Positions 26,613 to 38,053 of a stretch of DNA of 64,000 bases are shown piece after piece. Each line of letters opens with the position of its first letter. The stretch's first letter is position 1. Made by a program: the position numbers and the translations under genes. This DNA is from Candidatus Latescibacterota bacterium (GTDB taxonomy: Bacteria; Latescibacterota; UBA2968; UBA8231): assembly GCA_965204725.1 (NCBI GenBank), contig OZ242005.1:2240001-2304000 (forward strand), read 5' to 3'. The notes under the pieces are model-generated. The model ran no database searches. It was not told the DNA's origin and saw only the letters and a list, made by a program, of their open reading frames with translations.

Positions 26613-27482
26613 TCAGTGCAGGGCGCGCAGAAACGACGGGCTGAGCACGCCGCGCGCCACTTCGGCGACCGGCCCCTTCATCGTCAGGTCGTAGCGCGCG
26701 TCCACGTCGATGTGCAAGGTTCCGCCCGGGGCCTTAACCGCAACCGGACTTTTGACCAAGTCCAGCCGCACGGCCGCACTCGCGGCCGCACACGCCGACG
26801 ACCCCGACGCCTGCGTGGGGCCGGCACCGCGCTCCCAGATCAGGATATAGATCGCGTGGGGGCCCACAGGCACGGCGAGTTGGACATTGGTGCGCCGGGG
26901 GAAGAGCGGGTGATTTTCCAGTGCCGGGCCTAAAGAGCGCAACTCGTCCTCGGTCCACTGCGCGCCCTGCTCGCGGAAGACGATGCAATGGGGGTTGCCA
27001 ACGCTGACGCCGGTAAAGGTCAAGGGCTGCCCATGGACGTCAATCGGCTGCTCAACGAGCTCTTCGGCCTCCAAGGTGCAGGGCAAGGCGTGCGGCGCGA
27101 ATGTGGCGCGGCCCATGGCCACTGTGGCCGTGCTGGCGTCGCCATGCTCGTCAAGGTGCAACTCGACGCGCACTAGGCCGCCCTCCGTATCGACGGTGAA
27201 CTGCTGCTTTTGCACTTGCCCGGTCGCGTGTAGATAGCGGGCGAATATCCGCAGACCATTGCCCGACTTTTCCGCCTCGCTGCCATCGGGGTTGTAGATC
27301 CGCAGGCCAAAGTCGGCTTTTTGCGACGGCGCCAGCGCGAGAATGCCGTCGCTGCCCACGCCCCAATGGCGGTCGCAAATCGCCCGGATATTGTCCGGCG
27401 TCAACTCAAAGCTGAGCGCGGCCGGATCGACAGCCAAGTAGTCGTTGCCGAGGCCGTGTCCCTTGAAAAATTCGTTGTCCAT
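26613..27482 (-). CDS. dapF: Diaminopimelate epimerase
   Basis: KGHGLGNDY, NPDGSEAEKSGNGLR, GNPH, WERGAG; both catalytic Cys positions read Ser (KSGNG, ASGSS). Confidence 0.85.
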   Translation of the reverse strand: MDNEFFKGHGLGNDYLAVDPAALSFELTPDNIRAICDRHWGVGSDGILALAPSQKADFGLRIYNPDGSEAEKSGNGLRIFARYLHATGQVQKQQFTVDTEGGLVRVELHLDEHGDASTATVAMGRATFAPHALPCTLEAEELVEQPIDVHGQPLTFTGVSVGNPHCIVFREQGAQWTEDELRSLGPALENHPLFPRRTNVQLAVPVGPHAIYILIWERGAGPTQASGSSACAAASAAVRLDLVKSPVAVKAPGGTLHIDVDARYDLTMKGPVAEVARGVLSPSFLRALH

Positions 27483-27579
27483 AGATGCCCTTTTTCGTTG
27501 CTAGTCCAAAACTTAGGCCCCTACTCAGGCAGGGTCAAACGGAGTTGCTGAGGGGCTGCCAGCCGGTATATTAGCCATC

Positions 27580-28386
27580 ATGTTGTGCTTCGTCGTCGCC
27601 TTGGCCGCCGAGGCTCGCCCCTTGTTAGCGCACTACCGGCTGCGAGCCTTAGAGGGACACCATCCCTATCGCATGTACGAGGCCGAGCAGACGCGCCTGA
27701 TAGTCTCCGGCGTCGGCAAAGTGGCCGCGGCGGCGGCCGCCGCGTATTTGCGCGCCCTGATTGGGGCGGCACCAGCGGCTTGGCTCAATATCGGCGTCGC
27801 CGGCCACGGTCGCCAAGCGGTGGGCACACCCCTGCTCGTCCACAAGGTCGTCGATGCGGCCAGCGGCCAGCCCTTTTACCCCGCCTTCACCGCGCCCCCA
27901 TCTTGCCACACCACCTTGCTACACACCGTAGATCGCGCCCAGCCCGCCGCCGGCGACATCGCGTATGACATGGAGGCCAGCGGCTTTTGCGAGGCCGCGC
28001 AACGCTTTGCCACCAGCGAGCGGGTCCACTGCCTCAAGGTCGTCTCCGACAATCCGCAATCTCCCTATCAGACGCTCAACGCAGAGAAAGTGGCAGCCCT
28101 AATAGAAGCCCAACTCGATACAGTCGCCCACGTTGGCGAACACCTGCGAACACTCAGCCGGCAGCTCCACGCGCTCCACGCCGACCCGCCCGGCTTGGCC
28201 GAGCTAACCGCCCGCTGGCAATTTACCGCCACGCAAAAGCACCAGTTGCGCGGCTTGCTAGTGCGCTGGCAAACGCTCACCGGGGAACCGTTCAGCACCG
28301 CCGACGTCCTCGCCTTGCAAAGCCGCGATGAGGTCCTAGCCCATCTCAAGCAGCGGCTGACCGATGTGGAACTAATTTTGGCCTAG
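27580..28386 (+). CDS. Nucleoside phosphorylase-superfamily protein
   Basis: SGVGK, NIGVAG, YDMEASGF, LKVVSDN. Confidence 0.75.
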   Translation: MLCFVVALAAEARPLLAHYRLRALEGHHPYRMYEAEQTRLIVSGVGKVAAAAAAAYLRALIGAAPAAWLNIGVAGHGRQAVGTPLLVHKVVDAASGQPFYPAFTAPPSCHTTLLHTVDRAQPAAGDIAYDMEASGFCEAAQRFATSERVHCLKVVSDNPQSPYQTLNAEKVAALIEAQLDTVAHVGEHLRTLSRQLHALHADPPGLAELTARWQFTATQKHQLRGLLVRWQTLTGEPFSTADVLALQSRDEVLAHLKQRLTDVELILA

Positions 28387-28484
28387 TGAGTATACCGTCG
28401 CGACCTAGGGACAACCACTCCTTGATCCTATCCTACGGCAGGAATTCTTGACCGGGTGCAAGCGATTCGATACTTTGGCGACCG

Positions 28485-28585
28485 TAAGAAGCGTTCTAAA
28501 ACTCCTGTTGCTTTTGGCTCGTCTTGCCTGACGACGCGAGGCGTCATTCCCGCGAAAGCGGGAATCCAGAAAAGGACCCAGCCCA
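28485..28585 (+). repeat. Composite REP/MITE-like element, family 2
   Basis: Near-copy of 12051-12155 containing GTCATTCCCGCGAAAGCGGGAATCCA. Confidence 0.7.
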
Positions 28586-28616
28586 ATCAGAAACGGAAAC
28601 CCTAAGTGAAATCAGA

Positions 28617-29774
28617 ATGAATGGTTACAAAAGATATAATGCGCTAAGTCTTTTCTCTGGGGCCGGAGGAATGGATATAGGAGTACAGGATGCGGGATTC
28701 AACATTCTGGCACAGATAGAAACAGATGAACACTGCTGCAACACCCTACGTGCGGCAAGAGAACGCGAAAAAAGGGATACCAAAATTGTTGCGTCAGATA
28801 TTAGAAAAATTGATCCAGCCGAACTTCGCAAAGACCTGTATCTAGAGAAAGGCGAACTCGATCTTCTTTTTGGCGGCCCTCCGTGTCAATCTTTCTCCTT
28901 AGCAGGAAAGCAACTCGGCCTAAAGGACGAGAGAGGCATGTTATTATTCGAGATTGTTCGGTTTTCCAAAGAATTGGAACCAAAGGTGATTTTAGTTGAG
29001 CAAGTAAAAGGGCTTCTTTCATCAAAAGGATCCAAGCAGCGCAAAGGCGAAATTTTTGAAAAATTTTTAATCGCCTTAGAAAATGCTGGGTACTCTTCCA
29101 AGTGGAGAGTTATCTTAGCCGCAGATTACGGTGTACCTCAACTACGAGAGCGATTATTCGTGGTAGCCACCCTAGGGAAAAACGGCTTTTCCTTTCCAGA
29201 ACGAATATATGCCCCGCTAGAAGAATGTAATGGATTGTTTTCGTATAAACCTCACATCGGCATCGGTTCCGCAATTGAAAATTTAGGAATACCTTCACCG
29301 AAAATTAAGGGAACTACCTTCTATAACCGCGAGGACAGCCACGTCGATGTAACGCCAGCTAGGGACCGGGAACGCATCGCCCAAGTTCCCGAGGGGTCAT
29401 ATCTGGCCGCGCAACCTCATTTGGGCGAAAAACTGCTTAGAGGTCTTAAACCGAAAGATACCACAAAGTATTTAAGGCTGCATCGGGACAGGCCCGCTAA
29501 TACATTGCGCTGCGGAGAGATTTTCTATCATCCCGTCGAAGATAGGTATCTCACGCCGCGGGAATACATGAGAATTCACGGCTATCCCGATTCGTATATA
29601 CTAAAAGGCCCCATACGCAGCAGAACAGGTACCGTGAAAAACTTAGACCAGCATCGACAGGTTGCAAATTCGGTTCCACCCCCTCTCGCAAAGGCCCTAG
29701 CGAGCAAAATTTTCGATCACTTATGGAGATCGCTCTTCCGCAAGTCTCCATGCGGTAGCCTTAATAGGACATAG
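28617..29774 (+). CDS. DNA (cytosine-5) methyltransferase
   Basis: LFSGAGG, GGPPCQSFS, EQV (ENV variant), PQLRER, QVANSVPP; lower GC. Confidence 0.92.
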   Translation: MNGYKRYNALSLFSGAGGMDIGVQDAGFNILAQIETDEHCCNTLRAAREREKRDTKIVASDIRKIDPAELRKDLYLEKGELDLLFGGPPCQSFSLAGKQLGLKDERGMLLFEIVRFSKELEPKVILVEQVKGLLSSKGSKQRKGEIFEKFLIALENAGYSSKWRVILAADYGVPQLRERLFVVATLGKNGFSFPERIYAPLEECNGLFSYKPHIGIGSAIENLGIPSPKIKGTTFYNREDSHVDVTPARDRERIAQVPEGSYLAAQPHLGEKLLRGLKPKDTTKYLRLHRDRPANTLRCGEIFYHPVEDRYLTPREYMRIHGYPDSYILKGPIRSRTGTVKNLDQHRQVANSVPPPLAKALASKIFDHLWRSLFRKSPCGSLNRT

Positions 29775-29900
29775 CCGCCTCATGTCCGCTGTGCGGCATT
29801 TATCCTTGCAAAGCCGCGACGCGGTGTTATTTTACCTTCGGAAGCGGCTAAACGCTGTAGAGTTGCTCTTGACCAACGAGATTCAACGAGGGAAATCACA

Positions 29901-31271
29901 ATGAAGCTGACCATCAATAACTTTGGCCCACTGGACGACGCGACGATCCAAATCGGCGATTTTACCGTCCTCGCTGGCCCCAACAACACCGGCAAGAGCT
30001 TCGTGTCCAAATCTCTGTATTCGCTATTCGATGCCATAAACGCGAACCATGCACTAGTGGCATTTGAAGCCATGATACAACCGTTAGAAATGTTGTTGCC
30101 ATTTCTTGAAAAAGTTGGATATACGAGCGAAAAAATCTCGTTGTCCGCCCTGAGAAAAGAGAATCAAAAGGTGGAAGCTATCATCCACCAAACCCTTTCC
30201 GCTGATTTCCCTCAAACCGAGAGCGAAATCGGTAAAACTATAGAAATTCAGCCCCATCTAACCGAGGCTATTGATCGGCTAGTGGATAATTATTCAACAT
30301 TATTAAGAGAAATGCTAAGAAAACAAGAAAATCATTTCCCGGCTATTTCTCTAGATTTTCTCGACGAGTTAAAAGAAACATTCAGTGATGCTGAGCTCGT
30401 CACCAAATTCGGCTTACATGTTAAAGCTACCCAAAATATACAAGAAAATTTCCAAGTCCCTGATCCTTCATATCTAAAAAGAGAAAAATCCTCTCCTCTT
30501 CGCTTACACATTGAAGGAATCGGTGAATTTAAGGAAGAAAAAGAAGAGTATAGCTTCCGTCCATATCCCGGCGGCATTCAGAAACTGCGACAGCACTCTA
30601 GGGTACTCTATCTAGAATCTCCCATTTATTGGAAACTGAAGGAAGCTCTTGAAAGCCTAAGACTCAACCCACGGTTCTCTAGCAATAAAAAACAAATGAA
30701 CGGCGTTCCCGGTTATTTCTACGGTTTGGTCTCCGCCCTCCTCACGTCGTCTCCACATAACGACATCTTCTATCCACATAACTACATATCCCAAGACTTG
30801 GATGAACAGTTAGCCCAAGCGGTTGGTGGCAAAATAGTAATTTCCGACAACAATGAATTGCTATTCCAAGAGAACGGCAAGTCCTTTCCCTTGTCGCAAG
30901 TAGCCACGGGAGTCTCTAACCTTGGCTTTCTGGGCTTACTAATCGAGAAAGGAATTTTAGATAGAGGAACTTTTCTGTTTATCGACGAACCCGAAGCACA
31001 TCTGCACCCGGCTTGGCAGGTAATAATGGCAGAGATTCTCTTCGAGCTTGCTCGTCAAGGCGTCAAGGTCGTCATTGCTACCCATAGCGTGGACATCATA
31101 CAGTGGCTAGAAGTGCATATAAAGAAACATCCAGACGATGAGAAGATCGTCGCGCTAAATAAATTTCCGGTCAAGAACAGTGACGTCGATGAAGATTTTG
31201 AAACCAAGATAGCAAAAATTAGCGAAGAATTAACCACGCCCTTCTCCGATCTTTACATAGAGGGAATATAG
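29901..31271 (+). CDS. ABC/AAA_15-21-type ATPase
   Basis: GPNNTGKS, VATG signature, IDEPEAHLHP, ATHS. Confidence 0.85.
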   Translation: MKLTINNFGPLDDATIQIGDFTVLAGPNNTGKSFVSKSLYSLFDAINANHALVAFEAMIQPLEMLLPFLEKVGYTSEKISLSALRKENQKVEAIIHQTLSADFPQTESEIGKTIEIQPHLTEAIDRLVDNYSTLLREMLRKQENHFPAISLDFLDELKETFSDAELVTKFGLHVKATQNIQENFQVPDPSYLKREKSSPLRLHIEGIGEFKEEKEEYSFRPYPGGIQKLRQHSRVLYLESPIYWKLKEALESLRLNPRFSSNKKQMNGVPGYFYGLVSALLTSSPHNDIFYPHNYISQDLDEQLAQAVGGKIVISDNNELLFQENGKSFPLSQVATGVSNLGFLGLLIEKGILDRGTFLFIDEPEAHLHPAWQVIMAEILFELARQGVKVVIATHSVDIIQWLEVHIKKHPDDEKIVALNKFPVKNSDVDEDFETKIAKISEELTTPFSDLYIEGI

Positions 31272-31386
31272 CAATCCTACATCCTTCAAGACTGGACTCC
31301 CGCTTTCGCGGGAATGACGCCTCAGAGATAAAAAAGACCGTGCCGATCAACATTCCATGCTTTCGAGTCATTTAGGATGGCTATAT
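31266..31386. mobile_element. MITE family 1, internally deleted copy
   Basis: Ends ATATAGCAATCCTA / TAGGATGGCTATAT; interior matches 60246-60341. Confidence 0.7.
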
Positions 31387-31942
31387 GACCACACTCGCCG
31401 ACTTTCTGGAACCCATCAAGGTTGCCGGTACGCCGCTCGCCGAAAGCTGCAAAGGATACCTCATGGATGGCACATCGCCAGGACCTGATATGAGAAAAAC
31501 TGTCGGTTTAGGAACTTGTAATTGCTGTGACTACCTTACCATCAAGGACGACACTGTCGTCTTGATAGAAGAGACTCAACTCATGGAAATGATCAAAAAT
31601 TTGAAAAGCGAATACCAATACCTCTCAGAAGACGACAAAAATAAGTTTGTCGATAAGTATATCCTGCAAGAAAACAAGCTGAAAGTTTATGGATCAATAC
31701 TCGTACTCTGCCGCTTGGATACTGCATGTAACGATGCAAAAATTCTCCGCAAAAAAAGATACGATTTTTGGCTCGTCGTCAGTGGCGTATATAAAAAGAA
31801 GGATTCTAGACTGTTTTCTACTCTAAAGAGCCGTTTATCAGATCTCTTGAGAAGTTCTCTGGGAAAAATGATGAATGCTGTCGAAGTCATACCGGCCGAT
31901 GAGCTAGCGACCAAACTAGCAGCCAATACAAGCACTCCTTGA
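31385..31942 (+). CDS. Hypothetical protein, possible nuclease-fold ATPase partner
   Basis: CDYL...VLIEET resembles a D..(D/E)xK-like core; low GC. Confidence 0.55.
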   Translation: MTTLADFLEPIKVAGTPLAESCKGYLMDGTSPGPDMRKTVGLGTCNCCDYLTIKDDTVVLIEETQLMEMIKNLKSEYQYLSEDDKNKFVDKYILQENKLKVYGSILVLCRLDTACNDAKILRKKRYDFWLVVSGVYKKKDSRLFSTLKSRLSDLLRSSLGKMMNAVEVIPADELATKLAANTSTP

Positions 31943-31963
31943 ACCGGCTGACGGCATAGAGCC

Positions 31964-32968
31964 ATGTTCGACTTCATCTACGCCGAAAATTCCATCCGCG
32001 ACCACCCGCGCACCCGCGCCCTACTCAAGCGCTTCCCCCGCGCTCAGTTCGTCCCCTGCGCCCGCTACGGCGAGGTTTTCAACCGCGCGGCGCAAAACTT
32101 CCGTCTGCAAAAGCACCGCCCCGCGCTCATCCTCGCTCACAAGGCCGGGCGGCGCGTCCTCCCGGCCCCGGACGGCTACGGCATCGGCGGCGAGCGCAAT
32201 TACTACTTTTCGCACCTGCTCAACTGCCCCTACGACTGCCGCTACTGCTTCCTCCAAGGGCTGTATCGCTCGGCGCACCTAGTCCTCTTTGTCAACTACG
32301 AGGACTTCCAACAGGACATCGCCGCGCACATCGCCGCCGCACCCGACGCGCCCTATTTCTTTTCTGGCTACGACTGCGACAGCCTCGCGCTAGAGGGCAT
32401 TACCCACTTTACAGCCGACTTCCTCCCGTTTATTGCCGACCATCCGCAGGCGTACTTTGAGCTGCGCACCAAGAGCGTCCGCATCAAGACCCTGCTCGCC
32501 ACCCAAGCACTGCCCAACTGCGTCGTCGCCTTCAGCATGACCCCGCCGGCCCTAGCCGACCAATTCGAGGTCGGCGCACCGGCCGTAGCCCGGCGTTTGC
32601 AGGCCATCGCCGCCCTGCAGGAGCGCGGTTGGCCCATCGGGCTGCGCTTTGACCCGCTGATCTACGACCGCGCCTACGAAGAGCGTTACCGCGACCTATT
32701 CGCTCTCGTGTTTTCCCAAATCCGCCGCGACGGCCTGCACTCGGTCAGTTTGGGCCAGTTCCGCCTGCCGCAGGGCCTGTACAAGACCATGCACAAGCTC
32801 TACCCAGACGAAAAGCTCCTCGCGTACGGCTTGGAGGAAAAAGACGGCATGGTCTCCTATCGGCCCGCCTTGGCCAAAAGGCTCCACGACTTTTGCGCGG
32901 ACCAATTGCTGCAGTACATTCCCGCCGCGCTTTTCTTCCCCTGCCCCTCCACCACCCTACAGGTCTGA
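31964..32968 (+). CDS. Spore photoproduct lyase-like radical SAM protein
   Basis: NCPYDCRYCFLQ, ELRTKS, GLRFDPLI. Confidence 0.85.
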   Translation: MFDFIYAENSIRDHPRTRALLKRFPRAQFVPCARYGEVFNRAAQNFRLQKHRPALILAHKAGRRVLPAPDGYGIGGERNYYFSHLLNCPYDCRYCFLQGLYRSAHLVLFVNYEDFQQDIAAHIAAAPDAPYFFSGYDCDSLALEGITHFTADFLPFIADHPQAYFELRTKSVRIKTLLATQALPNCVVAFSMTPPALADQFEVGAPAVARRLQAIAALQERGWPIGLRFDPLIYDRAYEERYRDLFALVFSQIRRDGLHSVSLGQFRLPQGLYKTMHKLYPDEKLLAYGLEEKDGMVSYRPALAKRLHDFCADQLLQYIPAALFFPCPSTTLQV

Positions 32969-32969
32969 T

Positions 32970-33680
32970 ATGCGCGTCTTAGTCACCGGGGCCAGTTCCG
33001 GCATTGGCCGCGCCGTCTGCGAAAGGTTGCTCGCCAGCGGCCATCGCGCCATCGGCATCGCCCGCAACTTGGGCAAATTCCCCTGTGACCACGCTCGTTA
33101 TCAGGCGCATGCCATAGATCTAGCCGCGCTCGACGAACTCCCCGAGCACCTAAAAGCACTCGGGGCGATGTATCCCCAGCTCGACGCCTTAGTCCTCAAC
33201 GCCGGCGTCGGCCGCTTCGGCGCACTAGAGCAATTCTCCTACGACCAAATCCGCGCCCTGATCGATCTCAACTTCACCAGTCACGTCTTCGTCGCCCGTG
33301 CCTTCCTGCCCACCCTCAAAAAAGCCGGGCGCGGGCACTTGGTCTTTACAGGCTCGGAAGCCGCGCTTGCCGGCACGGCCCAAGGCAGCTTGTACTGCGC
33401 GGCCAAATTCGCCCTGCGCGGGTTTGCCCAAGCCCTGCGCGCCGAGTGCGCCCGCGCCGGCGTCCGCGTCACGGTGGTCAACCCCGGCATGGTCCAGTCC
33501 CCTTTTTTTGACGAATTGGACTTCCGGCCCGGGCCGGCCCCGGACAATTACATCCTGCCAGCCGACGTCGCCGAGGTCATCGTCCAAGCCCTGACCGCCC
33601 GCGATGGCACCGTACTCGACGAGATCAACCTCTCGCCGCAAAAAAAAGTGATCGAGTTTGGCGCACGGGAGAAAAAGTAA
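32970..33680 (+). CDS. SDR oxidoreductase
   Basis: TGASSGIG, NAG, YCAAK. Confidence 0.9.
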   Translation: MRVLVTGASSGIGRAVCERLLASGHRAIGIARNLGKFPCDHARYQAHAIDLAALDELPEHLKALGAMYPQLDALVLNAGVGRFGALEQFSYDQIRALIDLNFTSHVFVARAFLPTLKKAGRGHLVFTGSEAALAGTAQGSLYCAAKFALRGFAQALRAECARAGVRVTVVNPGMVQSPFFDELDFRPGPAPDNYILPADVAEVIVQALTARDGTVLDEINLSPQKKVIEFGAREKK

Positions 33681-33783
33681 CAGCCGATAGCTACTGGGTG
33701 TTTCGCGAGTAGCCCCCGTTGTTGCGGTTCAATCCAACCCCTACCTTCTTAGTAGCTTGCTCACGCCTCCGAAGGAATCATAA

Positions 33784-34794
33784 ATGCGCCCAGTCTTTCT
33801 CCTGCTCCTGACCTTGCTGCCCGGCGTCCTCTTAGCCCAAGAGCGGCCGCCGACGCCGGTCATCGTCGCCGAGGTTCTCGAACAACCGCTCGTCCAAGAC
33901 CTCTCCTTTGTCGGGCACATCCAGCCGCGGCGCTCCAGCCGCGTCGCCGCGGAGACCGAGGGGCAAGTGGTCGAGCGTTTCAAAGACGCCGGCCAAGCCG
34001 TGCATACTGGCGACCCCCTCTTTGCACTAGCCAACGATCCGCTCCGCGCCGCACTGGCCGAAGCGCAGGCCGATTTCGCGCTGCGGCAGTTCAACCACGA
34101 CCGCAGCCGCCAGTTGCGCCCCACCGACGGGGTCTCCGAGCAGGACCTGCGCTACCACGCCTACGAACTGGCCCGCGCCGAAGCCAAGCTAACCGGGCTT
34201 CAAGCCCAAGTAGCAAACCTCCTCGTCCGCGCCCCGTTCTCCGGGCACATCATCCGCACCTTTACCGAGGTGGGCCAGTGGGTCGGGCGCGGCGGCGAAA
34301 TAGCGCAGGTCATCTCCATCGACACGGTCCGCGTCATCGTCGAGGTGCCCGAGCGCCACGTGCCGCAACTGGCCTTGGGCGACCGCGTCGCCATCGTCGT
34401 CGATGCCCTCGGCAGCGATCCCATCGCCGGCCTCGTGACCGCCATCCTCGCCGAGGGCTACGCCTCCTCGCGCACCTTCCCGGTCGTCGTCGAGGCCGCC
34501 AACCCAAAAGGCCGGATGCGCAGCAACATGTCCGCCCGGGTGCGCTTCCAGATCGCGCCGACCGAGGCATCGCTCCTCGTGCATAAGGACGCCCTAGTCT
34601 CCAGCCCGCAAGGGCCAGTCGTGTACCTCGCCCGCGACGGCAAGGCCGTGCAGCACTCGGTCGAAACCGGGCTGGCGCACAAGGGCTACGTGGCCGTTGC
34701 CGGCGAACTCGCGCCCGGCGACCTAGCGGTGGTGCGCGGCAATGAGCGGCTGACAGACGGCCAAGCCGTGCGCATCATCCGCCGGCAGCCCTAG
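33784..34794 (+). CDS. RND efflux periplasmic adaptor
   Basis: Lipoyl-like G.V..G..V..GD, VRAPFSG, helical hairpin; directly upstream of the permease. Confidence 0.88.
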   Translation: MRPVFLLLLTLLPGVLLAQERPPTPVIVAEVLEQPLVQDLSFVGHIQPRRSSRVAAETEGQVVERFKDAGQAVHTGDPLFALANDPLRAALAEAQADFALRQFNHDRSRQLRPTDGVSEQDLRYHAYELARAEAKLTGLQAQVANLLVRAPFSGHIIRTFTEVGQWVGRGGEIAQVISIDTVRVIVEVPERHVPQLALGDRVAIVVDALGSDPIAGLVTAILAEGYASSRTFPVVVEAANPKGRMRSNMSARVRFQIAPTEASLLVHKDALVSSPQGPVVYLARDGKAVQHSVETGLAHKGYVAVAGELAPGDLAVVRGNERLTDGQAVRIIRRQP

Positions 34795-34800
34795 TCCGTC

Positions 34801-37941
<3,141 letters not shown>

Positions 37942-37996
37942 GAAGCGCGGGTCGCGGCCTATGCTCGCCCTCGCCCTTTGATCCTGCCAAACGTGT

Positions 37997-38034
37997 TTGA
38001 CACGGATATTCTGGGAATATACTTTGTTTCCCAG
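37997..38034 (+). promoter_or_regulatory. Possible sigma70 promoter with overlapping inverted repeat
   Basis: TTGACA, then TATACT (15-nt spacer) or TACTTT (17-nt spacer); CTGGGAA/TTCCCAG flank the -10 region. Confidence 0.4.
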
Positions 38035-38053
38035 AATGTGAAGGAGAAAGGCA

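Noticed and set aside
25139-26644. 501-aa plus-strand ORF and many similar overlapping ORFs
   Set aside because: Antisense to well-supported genes; long shadow frames are expected in GC-rich DNA.
28524-28616. N-terminal extension of the C5 methyltransferase
   Set aside because: It is translated REP sequence (RHSRESGNP also appears at the 12111 copy); ATG 28617 is preferred.
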